Source: Eledone cirrhosa (lineage: Eukaryota). Taken from it: a DNA stretch of 64,000 bases. The stretch spans positions 138,012,001-138,076,000 of the forward strand of contig OZ024740.1 of the NCBI GenBank assembly GCA_964016885.1, read 5' to 3'. Of this stretch, positions 39,401 to 54,400 are shown one piece after another (position 1 is the first letter of the stretch; each line of letters opens with the position of its first letter). The position numbers and the translations under genes are program-made. The notes beneath the pieces were generated by a model. The model made no database searches, was not told the origin of the DNA, and worked only from the letters and a program-made list of their open reading frames with translations.

Positions 39401-42400
39401 TCAATCTCCAATTCTCTCTGTTTCTCGTCACTTTTCTCTCAATCTCCAATTCTCTCTTTCTCTTATCACTTTTCTCTCAATCTCCAATTCTCTCTTTCTC
39501 TTATCACTTTTCTCTCAATCTCCAATTCTCTCTTTCTCTTATCACTTTTCTCTCAATCTCCAATTCTCCCTTTCTCTCATCACTTTTCTCTCAATCTCCA
39601 ATTCTCTCTTTTTCTTATCACTTTTCTCTCAATCTCTAATTCTCTCTGTTTCTTATCACTTTTCTCTCAATCTCATATTCTCTATTTCTCTTATTACTTT
39701 TCTCTCAATCTCCAATTCTCTCTTTCTCATATCCCTTTTCTCTCAATCTCCAATTTTCTCTTTCTCTTATCACATTTCTCTAAATCCCCACTTCTCTCTT
39801 TCTCTTGTCACTTTTCTCTCAACCTCCCATTCTCTCTTTCTCTTATGACGTTTCTCACAATCACCAATTCTCTCTGTCTCTTATCACTTTTCTCTCAATC
39901 ACCAATTCTCACTGTCTCTTATGACTTTTCTCTCAATCTCCAAATCTCTCTTTCTCTTATCACTTTTCCCTCAATCTCCAATTCTCTCTTTCTCTTATCA
40001 CTTTTCTCTCAATCTCCAATTCTCTCTTTCTCTTATGACTTTTCTCTCAATCTCCAATTCTCTCTTTCTCTTATCACTTTTCTCTCAATCTCCAATTCTC
40101 TCTTTCTCTTATCACTTTTCTCTCAATCTCCAATTCCCTCTTTCTCTGATCACTGTTCTCTCAATCTCCAATTCTCTCTTTCTCTTATCACTTTTCTCTC
40201 AATCTCCAATTCTCTCTTTCTCTTATCACTTTTCTCTCAATCTCCAATTCTCTCTTTCTCTTATCAATTTTCTCTCAATCTTCAATTCTCTCTGTTTCTT
40301 ATCACTTTTCTCTCAATCTCCAATTCTCTCTTTCTCTTATCACTTTTCTCTCGATCTCCAATTCTCTCTTTCTCTTATCACTTTTCTCTCAATCTCCAAT
40401 TCTCTCTTTCTCTTATCACTATTCTCTCAATCCCCAATTCTCTCTTTCACTTCTCACTTTTCTCTCAATCTCCAATTCTCTCTTTCTCTTATCACTTTTC
40501 TCTCAATCTCCAATTCCCTCTTCCTCTGATCACTGTTCTCTCAATCTACAATTCTCTCTTTCTCTTATCACTTTTCTCTCAATCTCCAATTCTCTCTGTT
40601 TCTTATCACTTTTCTCTCAATCTCCAATTCTCTCTCTCTGTTATCACTTTTCCCCCAATCTCCCATTCTCTCTCTCTCATATCAGTTTTCTCTCAATCTC
40701 CAATTCTCTCTTTCTCTTATCACTTTTCCCCCAATCTCCCATTCTCTCTCTCTCATATCACTTTTCTCTCAATCTCCAATTCTCTCTATCTCTTATCACT
40801 TTTCTCTCAATCTCCAATTCTCTCTTTCTCTCATCACTTTTCTCTCAATCTCCAATTCTCCCTTTCTCTCATCACTTTTCTCTCAATCTCCAATTCTCTC
40901 ATTCTCTTATCACTTTTCTCTCAATCTCCAATTCTCTCTTTCTCTTATCACTTTTCTCTCAATCTCCAATTCTCTCTTTCTCTAATCACTTTTCTCTCAA
41001 TCTCCAATTCTCTCTTTTTCTTATCACTTTTCTCTCAATCTCCAATTCTCTCTTTCTCTAATCACTTTTCTCTCAATCTCCACTTCTCTCTTTCTCTTAT
41101 CACTTTTCTCTCAACCTCCCATTCTCTCTTTCTCTTATGTCGTTTCTCACAATCACCAATTCTCTCTGTCTCTTATCACTTTTCTCTCAATCACCAATTC
41201 TCTCTGTCTCTTATCACTTTTCTCTCAATCTCCAAATCTCTCTTTCTCTTATCACTTTTCTCTCAATCTCCAATTCTCTCTTTCTCGTATCACTTTTCTC
41301 TCAATCTCCTATTCTCTCTTTCTTTCATCACTTTTCTATCAATCTCCAATTCTCTCTTTCTCTCATCACTTTTCTCTCAATCTCCAATTCTCTCTTTCTC
41401 TTATCACTTTTCTCTCAATCTCCAATTCTCTCTTTCTCTTATCACTTTTCTCTCAATCTCCAATTCTCGCTTTCTCTTATCACTTTTCTCTCAATCTCCA
41501 ATTCTCTCTTTCTCTTATCACTTTTCTCTCAATCTCCAATTCTCTCTTTCTCTTATCACTTTTCTCTCAATCTCCAATTCTCTCTTTCTCTTATCACTTT
41601 TCTCTCAATCTCCAATTCTCTCTTTCTATTATCACTTTTCTCTCAATCTCCAATTCTCTCTTTCTCTTATCACTTTTCTGTCAATCTCCAATTCTCTCTT
41701 TCTCTTATCACTTTTCTCTCAATCACCAATTCTCTCTTTCTCTCATCATATTTCTCTCAATCTCCAACTCTCTCTTTCTCTTATCACTTTTTGCTCAATC
41801 TCCAATTATCTCTTTCTCTTATCACTTTTCTCTCAATCTCCAATTCTCTCTTTCTCTTATCACTTTTCTCTCAATCTCCAATTCACTCTGTTTCTTGTCA
41901 CTTTTCTCTCAATCTCCAATTCTCTCTTTCTCTTATCACTTTTCTCTCAATCTCTAATTGTCTCTGTTTCTTATCACTTTTCTCTCAATCTCATATTCTC
42001 TCTTTCTCTTATTACTTTTCTCTCAATCTCCAATTCTCTCTTTCTCTTATCACTTTTCTCTCAATCTCCAATTCTCTCTGTCTCTTATCACTTTTCTCTC
42101 AATCTCCAATTCTCTCTTTCTCTTATCACTTTTCTCTCAATCTCCAATTCTCTCTTACTCTTATCACTTTTCTCTCAATCTCCAATTCTCTCTTTCTCTC
42201 ATCACTTTTCTCTCAATCTCCAATTCTCTCTTTCTCTTCACACTTTTCGCTCAATCTCCAATTCTCTCTTTCTCTGATCACTTTTCTCTCAATCTCCAAT
42301 TCTCTCTTTCTCTTATCACTTTTCTCTCAATGTCCAATTCTCTCTTTCTCTTATCACTTTTCTCTCAATCTCCAATTCTCTCTTTCTCTTATCACTTTTC

Positions 42401-45400
42401 TCTCAATCTCCAATTCTCTCTTTCTCTTATCACTTTTCTCTCAATCTGCAATTCTCTCTTTCTCTTATCACTTTTCTCTCAATCTCCAATTGTCTCTTTC
42501 TATTATCACTTTTCTCTCAATCTCCAATTCTCTCTTTCTCTTATCACTTTTCTGTCAATCTCCAATTCTCTCTTTCTCTTATCACTTTTCTCTCAATTAC
42601 CAATTCTCTCTTTCTCTTATCATATTTCTCTCAATCTCCAATTCTCTCTTTCTCTTATCACTTTTTGCTCAATCTCCAATTCTCTCTTTCTCTTATCACT
42701 TTTCTCTCAATCTCCAATTCTCTCTTTCTCTTATCACTTTTCTCTCAATCTCCAATTCACTCTTTCTCTTATCACTTTTCTCTCAATCTCCAATTCTCTC
42801 TTTCTCTTATCACTTTTCTCTCAATCTCCAATTCTCTCTTTCTCTTATCACTTTTCTCTCAATCTCCAATTCTCTATTTCTCTTATTACTTTTCTCTCAA
42901 TCTCCAATTCTCTCTTTCTCTAATCACTTTTCTCTCAATCTCCAATTCTCTCTTTCTCTTATCACTTTTCTCTCAATCTCCAATTCTCTCTTTCTCTTAT
43001 CACTTTTCTCTCAATCTCCAATTCTCTCTTTCTCTGATCACGTTTCTCTCAATCTCCAATTCTCTCTTTCTCTTATCACTTTTCTCTCAATCTCCAATTC
43101 TCTCTTTCTCTTATCACTTTCCTCTCAATCTCCAATTCTCTCTTTCTCTGATCACTTTTCTCTCAATCTCCAATTCTCTCTTTCTCTTATCACTTTTCTC
43201 TCAATCTCCAATTCTCTCTTTCTCTGATCACTTTTCTCTCAATCTCCAATTCTCTCTTATCACTTTTCTCTCAATCTCCAATTCTCTCTTTCTCTTATGA
43301 CTTTTCTCTCAATCTCCAATTCTCTCTTTCTCTTATCACTTTTCTCTCAATCTACAATTCTCTCTTTCTTTGATCACTTTTCTCTCAATCTCCAATTCTC
43401 TCTTTCTCTTATCACTTTTCTCTCAATCTCCAATTCTCTATTTCTCTTATCACTTTTCTCTCAATCTCCAATTCTCTCTTTCTCTTATCACTTTTCTCTC
43501 AATCTCCAATTCTCTCTTTTTCTTATCACTTTTCTCTCAATCTCTAATTCTCTCTGTTTCTTATCACTTTTCTCTCAATCTCATATTTTCTCTTTCTCTT
43601 ATTACTTTTCTCTCAATCTCCAATTCTCTCCTTCTCTTATCACTTTTCTCTCAATCTCCAATTCTCTCTCTCTCTTATCACTTTTCCCTCAATCTCCAAT
43701 TCTCTCTTTCTCTTATCACTTTTCTCTCAACCTCCCATTCTCTCTGTCTCTTATGACTTTTCTCTCAATCACCAATTCTCTATGTCTCTTATCACTTTTC
43801 TCTGAATCTCATATTCTCTCTTTCTCTTATTACTTTTCTCTCAATCTCCAATTCTCTCTCTCTCTTATCACTTTTCCCTCAATCTCCAAATCTCTCTTTC
43901 TCTTATCACTTTTCTCTCAATCTCCAATTCTCTCTGTTTCTTATCACTTTTCTCTCAATCTCATATTCTCTCTTTCTCTTATTACTTTTCTCTCAATCTC
44001 CAATTCTCTCTTTCTCATATCACTTTTCTCTCAATCTCCAATTTTCTCTTTCTCTTATCACATTTCTCTCAATCTCCACTTCTCTCTTTCTCTTATCACT
44101 TTTCTCTCAACCTCCCATTCTCTCTTTCTCTTATGTCGTTTCTCACAATCACTAATTCTCTCTGTCTCTTATCACTTTTCTCTCAATCACCAATTCTCTC
44201 TGTCTCTTATCACTTTTCTCTCAATCTCCAAATCTCTCTTTCTCTTATCACTTTTCTCTCAATCTCCAATTCTCTCTTTCTCTTATCACTTTTCCCTCAA
44301 TCTCCAATTCTCTCTTTCTCTTATCACTTTTCTCTCAATCTCCAATTCTCTCTTTCTCTTATCACTTTTCTCTCAATCACCAATTCTCTCTGTCTCTTAT
44401 CACTTTTCTCTCAATCTCCAATTCTCTCTTTCTCTTATCACTTTTCTCTCAATCTCCAATTCTCTCTTACTCTTATCACTTTTCTCTCAATCTCCAATTC
44501 TCTCTTTCTCTCATCACTTTTCTCTCAATCTCCAATTCTCTCTTTCTCTTCACACTTTTCGCTCAATCTCCAATTCTCTCTTTCTCTGATCACTTTTCTC
44601 TCAATCTCCAATTCTCTCTTTCTCTTATCACTTTTCTCTCAATGTCCAATTCTCTCTTTCTCTTATCACTTTTCTCTCAATCTCCAATTCTCTCTTTCTC
44701 TTATCACTTTTCTCTCAATCTCCAATTCTCTCTTTCTCTGATCACTTTTCTCTCAATCTCCAATTCTCTCTTTCTCTTATCACTTTTCTCTCAATCTCCA
44801 ATTCTCTATTTCTCTTACCACTTTTCTCTCAATCTCCAATTCTCTCTTTCTCTTATCACTTTTCTCTCAATCTCCAATTCTCTCTGTTTCTTGTCACTTT
44901 TCTCTCAATCTCCAATTCTCTCTTTCTCTTATCACTTTTCTCTCAATCTCCAATTCTCTCTTTCTCTTATCACTTTTCTCTCAATCTCCAATTCTCTCTT
45001 TCTCTTATCACTTTTCTCTCAATCTCCAATTTTCTCTTTTTCTTATCACTTTTCTCTCAATCTCTAATTCTCTCTGTTTCTTATCACTTTTCTCTCAATC
45101 TCATATTCTCTCTTTCTCTTATTACTTTTCTCTCAATCTCCAATTCTCTCTTTCTCTTATCACTTTTCTCTCAATCTCCAATTCTCTCTGTCTCTTATCA
45201 CTTTTTCTCACAATCACCAATTCTCTCTTTTTCTTATCACTTTTCCCTCAATCTCCAATTCTCTCTTTCTCTTATCACTTTTCTCTCAACCTCCCATTCT
45301 CTCTTTCTCTTATGACTTTTCTCTCAATCACCAATTCTCTATGTCTCTTATCACTTTTCTCTGACTCTCCAATTCTCTCTTTCTCTTATCACTTATCCCC

Positions 45401-48400
45401 CAATCTACAATTCTCTCTTTCTCTTATCACTTTTCTCTCAATCTCCAATTCTCTCTGTTTCTTAACACTTTTCTCTCAATCTCCAATTCTCTCTCTCTGT
45501 TATCACTTTTCCCCCAATCTCCCATTCTCTCTCTCTCATATCACATTTCTCTCAATCTCCACTTCTCCCTTTCTCTTATCACTTTTCTCTCAACCTCCCA
45601 TTCTCTCTTTCTCTTATGTCGTTTCTCACAATCACCAATTCTCTCTGTCTCTTATCACTTTTCTCGCAATCACCAATTCTCTCTGTCTCTTATCACTTTT
45701 CTCTCAATCTCCAAATCTCTCTTTCTCTAATCACTTTTCTCTCAATCTCCAATTCTCTCTTTCTCTTATCACCTTTCCCTCAATCTCCAATTCTCTCTTT
45801 CTCTTATCACTTTTCTCTGAACCTCCAATTCTCTCTTTCTCTTATCACTTTTCTCTCAATCTCCAATTCTCTCTGTCTCTTATCACTTTTCTCTCAATCT
45901 CCAATTCTCTCTTTCTCTTATCACTTTTCTCTCAATCTCCAATTCTCTCTTACTCTTATCACTTTTCTCTCAATCTCCAATTCTCTCTTTCTCTCATCAC
46001 TTTTCTCTCAATCTCCAATTCTCTCTTTCTGTTCACACTTTTCTCTCAATCTCCAATTCTCTCTTTCTCTGATCACTTTTCTCTCAATCTCCAATTCTCT
46101 CTTTCTCTTATCACTTTTCTCTCAATCTCCAATTCTCTCTTTCTCTTATCACTTTTCTCTCAATCTCCAATTCTCTCTTTCTCTGATCACTTTTCTCTCA
46201 ATCTCCAATTCTCTCTTTCTCTTATCACTTTTCTCTCAATCTCCAATTCTCTCTTTCTCTTATCACTTTTCTCTCAATCTCCAATTCTCTCTGTTTCTTG
46301 TCACTTTTCTCTCAATCTCCAATTCTCTCTTTCTCTAATCACTTTTCTCTCAATCTCCAATTCTCTCTTTCTCTTATCACTTTTCTCTCAATCTCCAATT
46401 CTCTCTTTCTCTTATCACTTTTCTCTCAATCTCCAATTCTCTCTTTTTCTTATCACTTTTCTCTCAATCTCTAATACTCTCTGTTTCTTATCACTTTTCT
46501 CTCAATCTCATATTCTCTCTTTCTCTTATTACTTTTCTCTCAATCTCCAATTCTCTCTTTCTCTTATCACTTTTCCCTCAATCTCCCATTCTCTCTCTCT
46601 CATATCACTTTTCCCCCAATCTCCCATTCTCTCTCTCTCATATCACTTTTCTCTCAATCTCCAATTCTCTCTTTCTCGTATCACTTTTCTCTCAATCTCC
46701 TATTCTCTCTTTCTCTCATCACTTTTCTCTCAATCTCCAATTCTCTCTTTCTCTCATCACTTTTCTCTCAATCTCCAATTCTCTCTTTCTCTTATCACTT
46801 TTCTCTCAATCTCCAATTCTCTCTTTCTCTTATCACTTTTCTCTCAATCTCCAATTCTCTCTTTCTCTTATCACTTTTCTCTCAATCTCCAATTCTCTCT
46901 TTCTCTTATCACTTTTCTCTCAATCTCCAATTCTCTCTTTCTCTTATCACTTTTCTCTCAATCTCCAATTCTCTCTTTCTCTTATCACTTTTCTCTCAAT
47001 CACCAATTCTCTCTTTCTCTTATCATATTTCTCTCAATCTCCAATTCTCTCTTTCTCTTATCACTTTTTGCTCAATCTCCAATTCTCTCTTTCTCTTATC
47101 ACTTTTCTCTCAATCTCCAATTCTCTCTTTCTCTTATCACTTTTCTCTCAATCTCCAATTCTCTCTTTCTCTTATCACTTTTCTCTCAATCTCCAATTCT
47201 CTCTTTCTCTTATCACTTTTCTCTCAATCTCCAATTCTCTCTTTCTCTTATCACTTTTCTCTCAATCTCCAATTCTCTCTTTCTCTTATCACTTTTCTCT
47301 CAATCTCCAATTCTCTCTTTCTCTTATCACTTTTCTCTCAATCTCCAATTCTCTATTTCTCTTATTACTTTTCTCTCAATCTCCAATTCTCTCTTTCTCT
47401 TATCACTTTTCTCTCAATCTCCAATTCTCTCTTTCTCTTATCACTTTTCTCTCAATCTCCAATTCTCTCTTTCTCTTATCACTTTTCTCTCAATCTCCAA
47501 ATCTCTCTTTCTCTGATCACGTTTCTCTCAATCTCCAATTCTCTCTTTCTCTTATCACTTTTCTCTCAATCTCCAATTCTCTTTTTCTCTTATCACTTTC
47601 CTCTCAATCTCCAATTCTCTCTTTCTCTGATCACTTTTCTCTTAATCTCCAATTCTCTCTTTCTCTTATCACTTTTCTCTCAATCTCCAATTCTCTCATT
47701 CTCTTATCACTTTTCTCTCAATCTCCAATTCTCTCTTTCTCTTATCACTTTTTTCTCAATCTCCAATTCTCTCTCTCTGTTATCACTTTTCCCCCAATCT
47801 CCCATTCTCTCTCTCTCATATCACTTTTCTCTCAATCTCCAATTCTCTCTTTCTCTTATCACTTTTCCCCCAATCTCGCATTCTCTCTCTCTCATATCAC
47901 TTTTCTCTCAATCTCCCATTCTCTCTTTCTCTTATAACTTTTCTCTCAATGTCCAATTCTCTCTGTTTCTTATCACTTTTCTCTCAATCTCCAATTCTCT
48001 CTTTCTCTGATCACGTTTCTCTCAATCTCCAATTCTCTCTTTCTCTTATCACTTTTCTCTCAATCTCCAATTCTCTCTTTCTCTTATCACTTTTCTCTCA
48101 ATCTCCAATTCTTTCTTTCTCTTATCACTTTTCTCTCAATCTCCAATTCTCTCTTTCTCTTATCAATTTTCTCTCAATCTCCAATTCTCTCTTTCTCTTA
48201 TCACTTTTCTCTCAATCTCCAATTCTCTCTTTCTCTTATCACTTTTCTCTTAATCTCCAATTCTCTCTCTCTTTTATCACTTTTTCTCTCAATCTCCAAT
48301 TCTCTCTCTTTCTTATCACTTTTCTCTCAATCTCCAATTCTCTCTTTCTCTTATCACTTTTCTCTCAATCTCCAATTCTCGCTTTCTCCTATCACTTTTC

Positions 48401-48429
48401 TCTCAATCTCCAATTCTCTCTGTTTCTTA

Positions 48430-51400
48430 TCACTTTTCTCTCAATCTCTAATTCTCTCTCTCTCATATCACTTTTCTCTCAATCTCCAATTCTCTCTTTC
48501 TCTTATCACTTTTCTCTCAATCTCCAATTCTCTCTTTCTCTTATCACTTTTCTCTCAATCTCCAATTCTCTCTTTCTCTTATCACTTTTCTCTCAATCTC
48601 CAATTCTCTCTTTCTCTTATCACTTTTCTCTCAATCTCCAATTCTCTCTTTCTCTTATCACTTTTCTCTCAATCTCCAATTCTCTCTTTCTCTTATCACT
48701 TTTCCCCCAATCTCCAATTCTCTCTTTCTCTTATCACTTTTCTCTCAATCTCCAATTCTCTCTTTCTCTTATCACTTTTCTCCCAATCTCCAATTCTCTC
48801 TGTTTCTTATCACTTTTCTCTCAATCTCCAATTCTCTCTTTCTCTTATCACTTTTCTCTCAATCTCCAATTCTCTCTTTCTCTTATCACTTTTCTCTCAA
48901 TCTCCAATTCTCTCTTTCTCTTATCACTTTTCTCTCAATCTCCAATTCTCTCTTTCTCTTATCACTTTTCTCTCAATCTCCACTTCTCTCTTTCTCTTAT
49001 CACTTTTCTCTCAATCTCCAATTCTCTCTTTCTATTATCACTTTTCTCTCAATCTCCAATTCTCTCTTTCTCTTATCACTTTTCTGTCAATCTCCAATTC
49101 TCTCTTTCTCTTATCACTTTTCTCTCAATCACCAATTCTCTCTTTATCTTATCATATTTCTCTCAATCTCCAATTCTCTCTTTCTCTTATCACTTTTTGC
49201 TCAATCTCCAATTCTCTCTTTCTCTTATCACTTTTCTCTCAATCTCCAATTCTCTCTTTCTCTTATCACTTTTCTCTCAATCTCCAATTCACTCTTTCTC
49301 TCATCACTTTTCTCTCAATCTCCAATTCTCTCTTTCTCTTATCACTTTTCTCTCAATCTCCAATTCTCTATTTCTCTTATTACTTTTTTCTCAATCTCTA
49401 ATTCTCTCTTTCTCTTATCACTTTTCTCTCAATCTCCAATTCTCTCTTTCTCTTATCACTTTTCTCTCAATCTCCAATTCTCTCTTTCTCTGATCACGTT
49501 TCTCTCAATCTCCAATTCTCTCTTTCTCTTATCACTTTTCTCTCAATCTCCAATTCTCTCTTTCTCTTATCACTTTCCTCTAAATCTCCAATTCTCTCTT
49601 TCTCTGATCACTTTTCTCTTAATCTCCAATTCTCTCTTTCTCTTATCACTTTTCTCTCAATCTCCAATTCTCTCATTCTCTTATCACTTTTCTCTCAATC
49701 TCCAATTCTCTCTTTCTCTTATCACTTTTCTCTCAATCTCCAATTCTCTCTCTCTGTTATCACTTTTCCCCTAATCTCCCATTCTCTCTCTCTCATATCA
49801 CTTTTCTCTCAATCTCCAATTCTCTCTTTCTCTTATCACTTTTCCCCCAATCTTGCATTCTCTCTCTCTCATATCACTTTTCTCTCAATCTCCCATTCTC
49901 TCTTTCTCTTATAACTTTTCTCTCAATGACCAATTCTCTCTGTTTCTTATCACTTTTCTCTCAATCTCCAATTCTCTCTTTCTCTTATCACTTTTCTCTC
50001 AATCTCCAATTCTCTCTTTCTCTTATCACTTTTCTCTCAATCTCCAATTCTCTCTTTCTCTTATCACTTTTCTCTCAATCTCCAATTCTTTCTTTCTCTT
50101 ATCACTTTTCTCTCAATCTCCAATTCTCTCTTTCTCTTATCAATTTTCTCTCAATCACCAATTCTCTCTTTCTCTTATCACTTTTCTCTCAATCTCCAAT
50201 TCTCTCTTTCTCTTATCACTTTTCTCTTAATCTCCAATTCTCTCTCTCTTTTATCACTTTTTCTCTCAATCTCCAATTCTCTCTTTTTCTTATCACTTTT
50301 CGCTCAATCTCCAATTCTCTCTTTCTGTTATCACTTTTCTCTCAACCTCCCATTCTCTCTTTCACTTATGACTTTTCTCTCAATCACCAACTCTCTATGT
50401 CTCTTATCACTTTTCTCTGAATATCCAATTCTCTCTTTCTCTTATCACTTTTCTCTCAATCTCCAATTCTCTCTTTCTCTTATCACTTTTCTCTCAATCT
50501 CCAATTCTCTCTTTCTCTTATCACTTTTCTCTCAATCTCCAATTCTCTCTGTTTCTTATCACTTTTCTCTCAATCTCTAATTCGCTCTTTCTCTTATCAC
50601 TTTTCTCTCAATCTCCAATTCTCTCTTTCTCCTATCACTTTTCTCTCAATCTCCAATTCTCTCTGTTTCTTATCACTTTTCTCTCAATCTCTAATTCTCT
50701 CTCTCTCATATCACTTTTCTCTCAATCTCCAATTCTCTCTTTCTCTTATCACTTTTCTCTCAATCTCCAATTCTCTCTTTCTCTTATCACTTTTCTCTCA
50801 ATCTCCAATTCTCTCTTTCTCTTATCACTTTTCTCTCAATCTCCAATTCTCTCTTTCTCTTATCACTTTTCTCTCAATCTCCAATTCTCTCTTTCTCTTA
50901 TCACTTTTCTCTCAATCTCCAATTCTGTTTTTCTCTTATCACTTTTCCCCCAATCTCCAATTCTCTCTTTCTCTTATCACTTTTCTCTCAATCTCCAATT
51001 CTCTCTTTCTCTTATCACTTTTCTCTCAATCTCCAATTCTCTCTTTCTCTTATCACTTTTCTCTCAATCTCCAATTCTCTCTTTTTCTTATCACTTTTCT
51101 CCCAATCTCCAATTCTCTCTGTTTCTTATCACTTTTCTCTCAATCTCCAATTCTCTCTTTCTCTTATCACTTTTCTCTCAATCTCATATTCTCTCTTTCT
51201 CTTATTACTTTTCTCTCAATCTCCAATTCTCTCTTTCTCTTATCACTTTTCTCTCAATCTCCAATTCTCTCTGTCTCTTATCACTTTTTCTCACAATCTC
51301 CAATTCTCTCTTTTTCTTATCACTTTTCCCTCAATCTCCAATTCTCTCTTTCTCTTATCACTTTTCTCTCAACCTCCCATTCTCTCTTTCTCTTATGACT

Positions 51401-54400
51401 TTTCTCTCAATCACCAATTCTCTATGTCTCTTATCACTTTTCTCTGACTCTCCAATTCTCTCTTTCTCTTATCACTTTTCTCTCAATCTTCAATTCTCTC
51501 TTTCTCTTATCACTTATCCCCCAATCTACAATTCTCTCTTTCTCTTATCACTTTTTGCTCAATCTCCAATTCTCTCTTTCTCTTATCACTTTTCTCTCAA
51601 TCTCCAATTCTCTCTTTCTCTTATCACTTTTCTCTCAATCTCCAATTCTCTCTGTTTCTAAACACTTTTCTCTCAATCTCCAATTCTCTCTCTCTGTTAT
51701 CACTTTTCCCCCAATCTCCCATTCTCTCTCTCTCATATCACTTTTCTCTCAATCTCCAATTCTCTCTTTCTCTTATCACTTTTCCCCCAATCTCCCATTC
51801 TCTCTCTCTCATATCACTTTTCTCTCAATCTCCAATTCTCTCTTTCTCTTATCAATTTTCTCTCAAATCTCCTATTCTCTCTTTCTCTCATCACTTTTCT
51901 CTCAATCTCCAATTCTCTCTTTCTCTCATCACTTTTCTCTCAATCTCCAATTCTCTCTTTCTCTTATCACTTTTCTCTCAATCTCCAATTCTCTCTTTGT
52001 CTTATCACTTTTCTCTCAATCTCCAATTCTCTCTTTCTCTTATCACTTTTCTCTCAATCTCCAATTCTCTCTTTCTCTTATCACTTTTCTCTCAATCTCC
52101 AATTCTCTCTTTCTCTTATCACATTTCTCTCAATCTCCAATTCTCTCTTTCTCTCATCACTTTTTGCTCAATCTCCAATTCTCTCTTTCTCTTATCACTT
52201 TTCTCTCAATCTCCAATTCTCTCTTTTTCTTATCACTTTTCTCTCAATCACCAACTCTCTATGTCTCTTATCACTTTTCTCTGAATATCCAATTCTCTCT
52301 TTCTCTTATCACTTTTCTCTCAATCTCCAATTCTCTCTTTCTCTTATTACTTTTCTCTTAATCTCCAATTCTCTCTTTCTCTTATCACTTTTCTCTCAAT
52401 CTCCAATTCTCTCTGTTTCTTATCACTTTTCTCTCAATCTCCAATTCTCTCTTTCTCTTATCACTTTTCTCTCAATCTCCAATTCTCTCTTTCTCCTATC
52501 ACTTTTCTCTCAATCTCCAATTCTCTCTGTTTCTTATCACTTTTCTCTCAATCTCTAATTCTCTCTCTCTCATATCACTTTTCTCTCAATCTCCAATTCT
52601 CTCTTTCTCTTATCACTTTTCTCTCAATCTCCAATTCTCTCTTTCTCTTATCACTTTTCTCTCAATCTCCAATTCTCTCTTTCTCTTATCACTTTTCTCT
52701 CAATCTCCAATTCTCTCTTTCTCTTATCACTTTTCTCTCAATCTCCAATTCTCTCTTTCTCTTATCACTTTTCTCTCAATCTCCAATTCTGTTTTTCTCT
52801 TATCACTTTTCCCCCAATCTCCAATTCTCTCTTTCTCTTATCACTTTTCTCTCAATCTCCAATTCTCTCTTTCTCTTATCACTTTTCTCCCAATCTCCAA
52901 TTCTCTCTGTTTCTTATCACTTTTCTCTCAATCTCCAATTCTCTCTTTCTCTTATCACTTTTCTCTCAATCTCTAATTCTCTCTCTCTCATATCACTTTT
53001 CTCTCAATCTCCAATTCTCTCTTTCTCTTATCACTTTTCTCTCAATCTCCAATTCTCTCTTTCTCTTATCACTTTTCTCTCAATCTCCAATTCTCTCTTT
53101 CTCTTATCACTTTTCTCTCAATCTCCAATTCTCTCTTTCTCTTATCACTTTTCTCTCAATCTCCAATTCTCTCTTTCTCTTATCACTTTTCTCTCAATCT
53201 CCAATTCTCTCTTTCTCTTATCACTTTTCCCCCAATCTCCAATTCTCTCTTTCTCTTATCACTTTTCTCTCAATCTCCAATTCTCTCTTTCTCTTATCAC
53301 TTTTCTCCCAATCTCCAATTCTCTCTGTTTCTTATCACTTTTCTCTCAATCTCCAATTCTCTCTTTCTCTTATCACTTTTCTCTCAATCTCCAATTCTCT
53401 CTTTCTCTTATCACTTTTCTCTCAATCTCCAATTCTCTCTTTCTCTTATCACTTTTCTCTCAATCTCCAATTCTCTCTTTCTCTTATCACTTTTCTCTCA
53501 ATCTCCACTTCTCTCTTTCTCTTATCACTTTTCTCTCAATCTCCAATTCTCTCTTTCTATTATCACTTTTCTCTCAATCTCCAATTCTCTCTTTCTCTTA
53601 TCACTTTTCTGTCAATCTCCAATTCTCTCTTTCTCTTATCACTTTTCTCTCAATCACCAATTCTCTCTTTATCTTATCATATTTCTCTCAATCTCCAATT
53701 CTCTCTTTCTCTTATCACTTTTTGCTCAATCTCCAATTCTCTCTTTCTCTTATCACTTTTCTCTCAATCTCCAATTCTCTCTTTCTCTTATCACTTTTCT
53801 CTCAATCTCCAATTCACTCTTTCTCTCATCACTTTTCTCTCAATCTCCAATTCTCTCTTTCTCTTATCACTTTTCTCTCAATCTCCAATTCTCTATTTCT
53901 CTTATTACTTTTTTCTCAATCTCTAATTCTCTCTTTCTCTTATCACTTTTCTCTCAATCTCCAATTCTCTCTTTCTCTTATCACTTTTCTCTCAATCTCC
54001 AATTCTCTCTTTCTCTGATCACGTTTCTCTCAATCTCCAATTCTCTCTTTCTCTTATCACTTTTCTCTCAATCTCCAATTCTCTCTTTCTCTTATCACTT
54101 TCCTTTAAATCTCCAATTCTCTCTTTCTCTGATCACTTTTCTCTTAATCTCCAATTCTCTCTTTCTCTTATCACTTTTCTCTCAATCTCCAATTCTCTCA
54201 TTCTCTTATCACTTTTCTCTCAATCTCCAATTCTCTCTTTCTCTTATCACTTTTCTCTCAATCTCCAATTCTCTCTCTCTGTTATCACTTTTCCCCTAAT
54301 CTCCCATTCTCTCTCTCTCATATCACTTTTCTCTCAATCTCCAATTCTCTCTTTCTCTTATCACTTTTCCCCCAATCTTGCATTCTCTCTCTCTCATATC

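Larger units (their letters stand above)
32830..40600. repeat. Tandem duplication of about 4.1 kb spanning the subfamily I/II junction, with a nested 914-bp duplication
   Basis: Constant offset of 4,110 for 34,261/38,371, 35,221/39,331, 35,735/39,845 and 36,421/40,531. Offset is 4,223 for 33,749/37,972. The nested pair is 36,607/37,521 (914). Confidence 0.88.
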
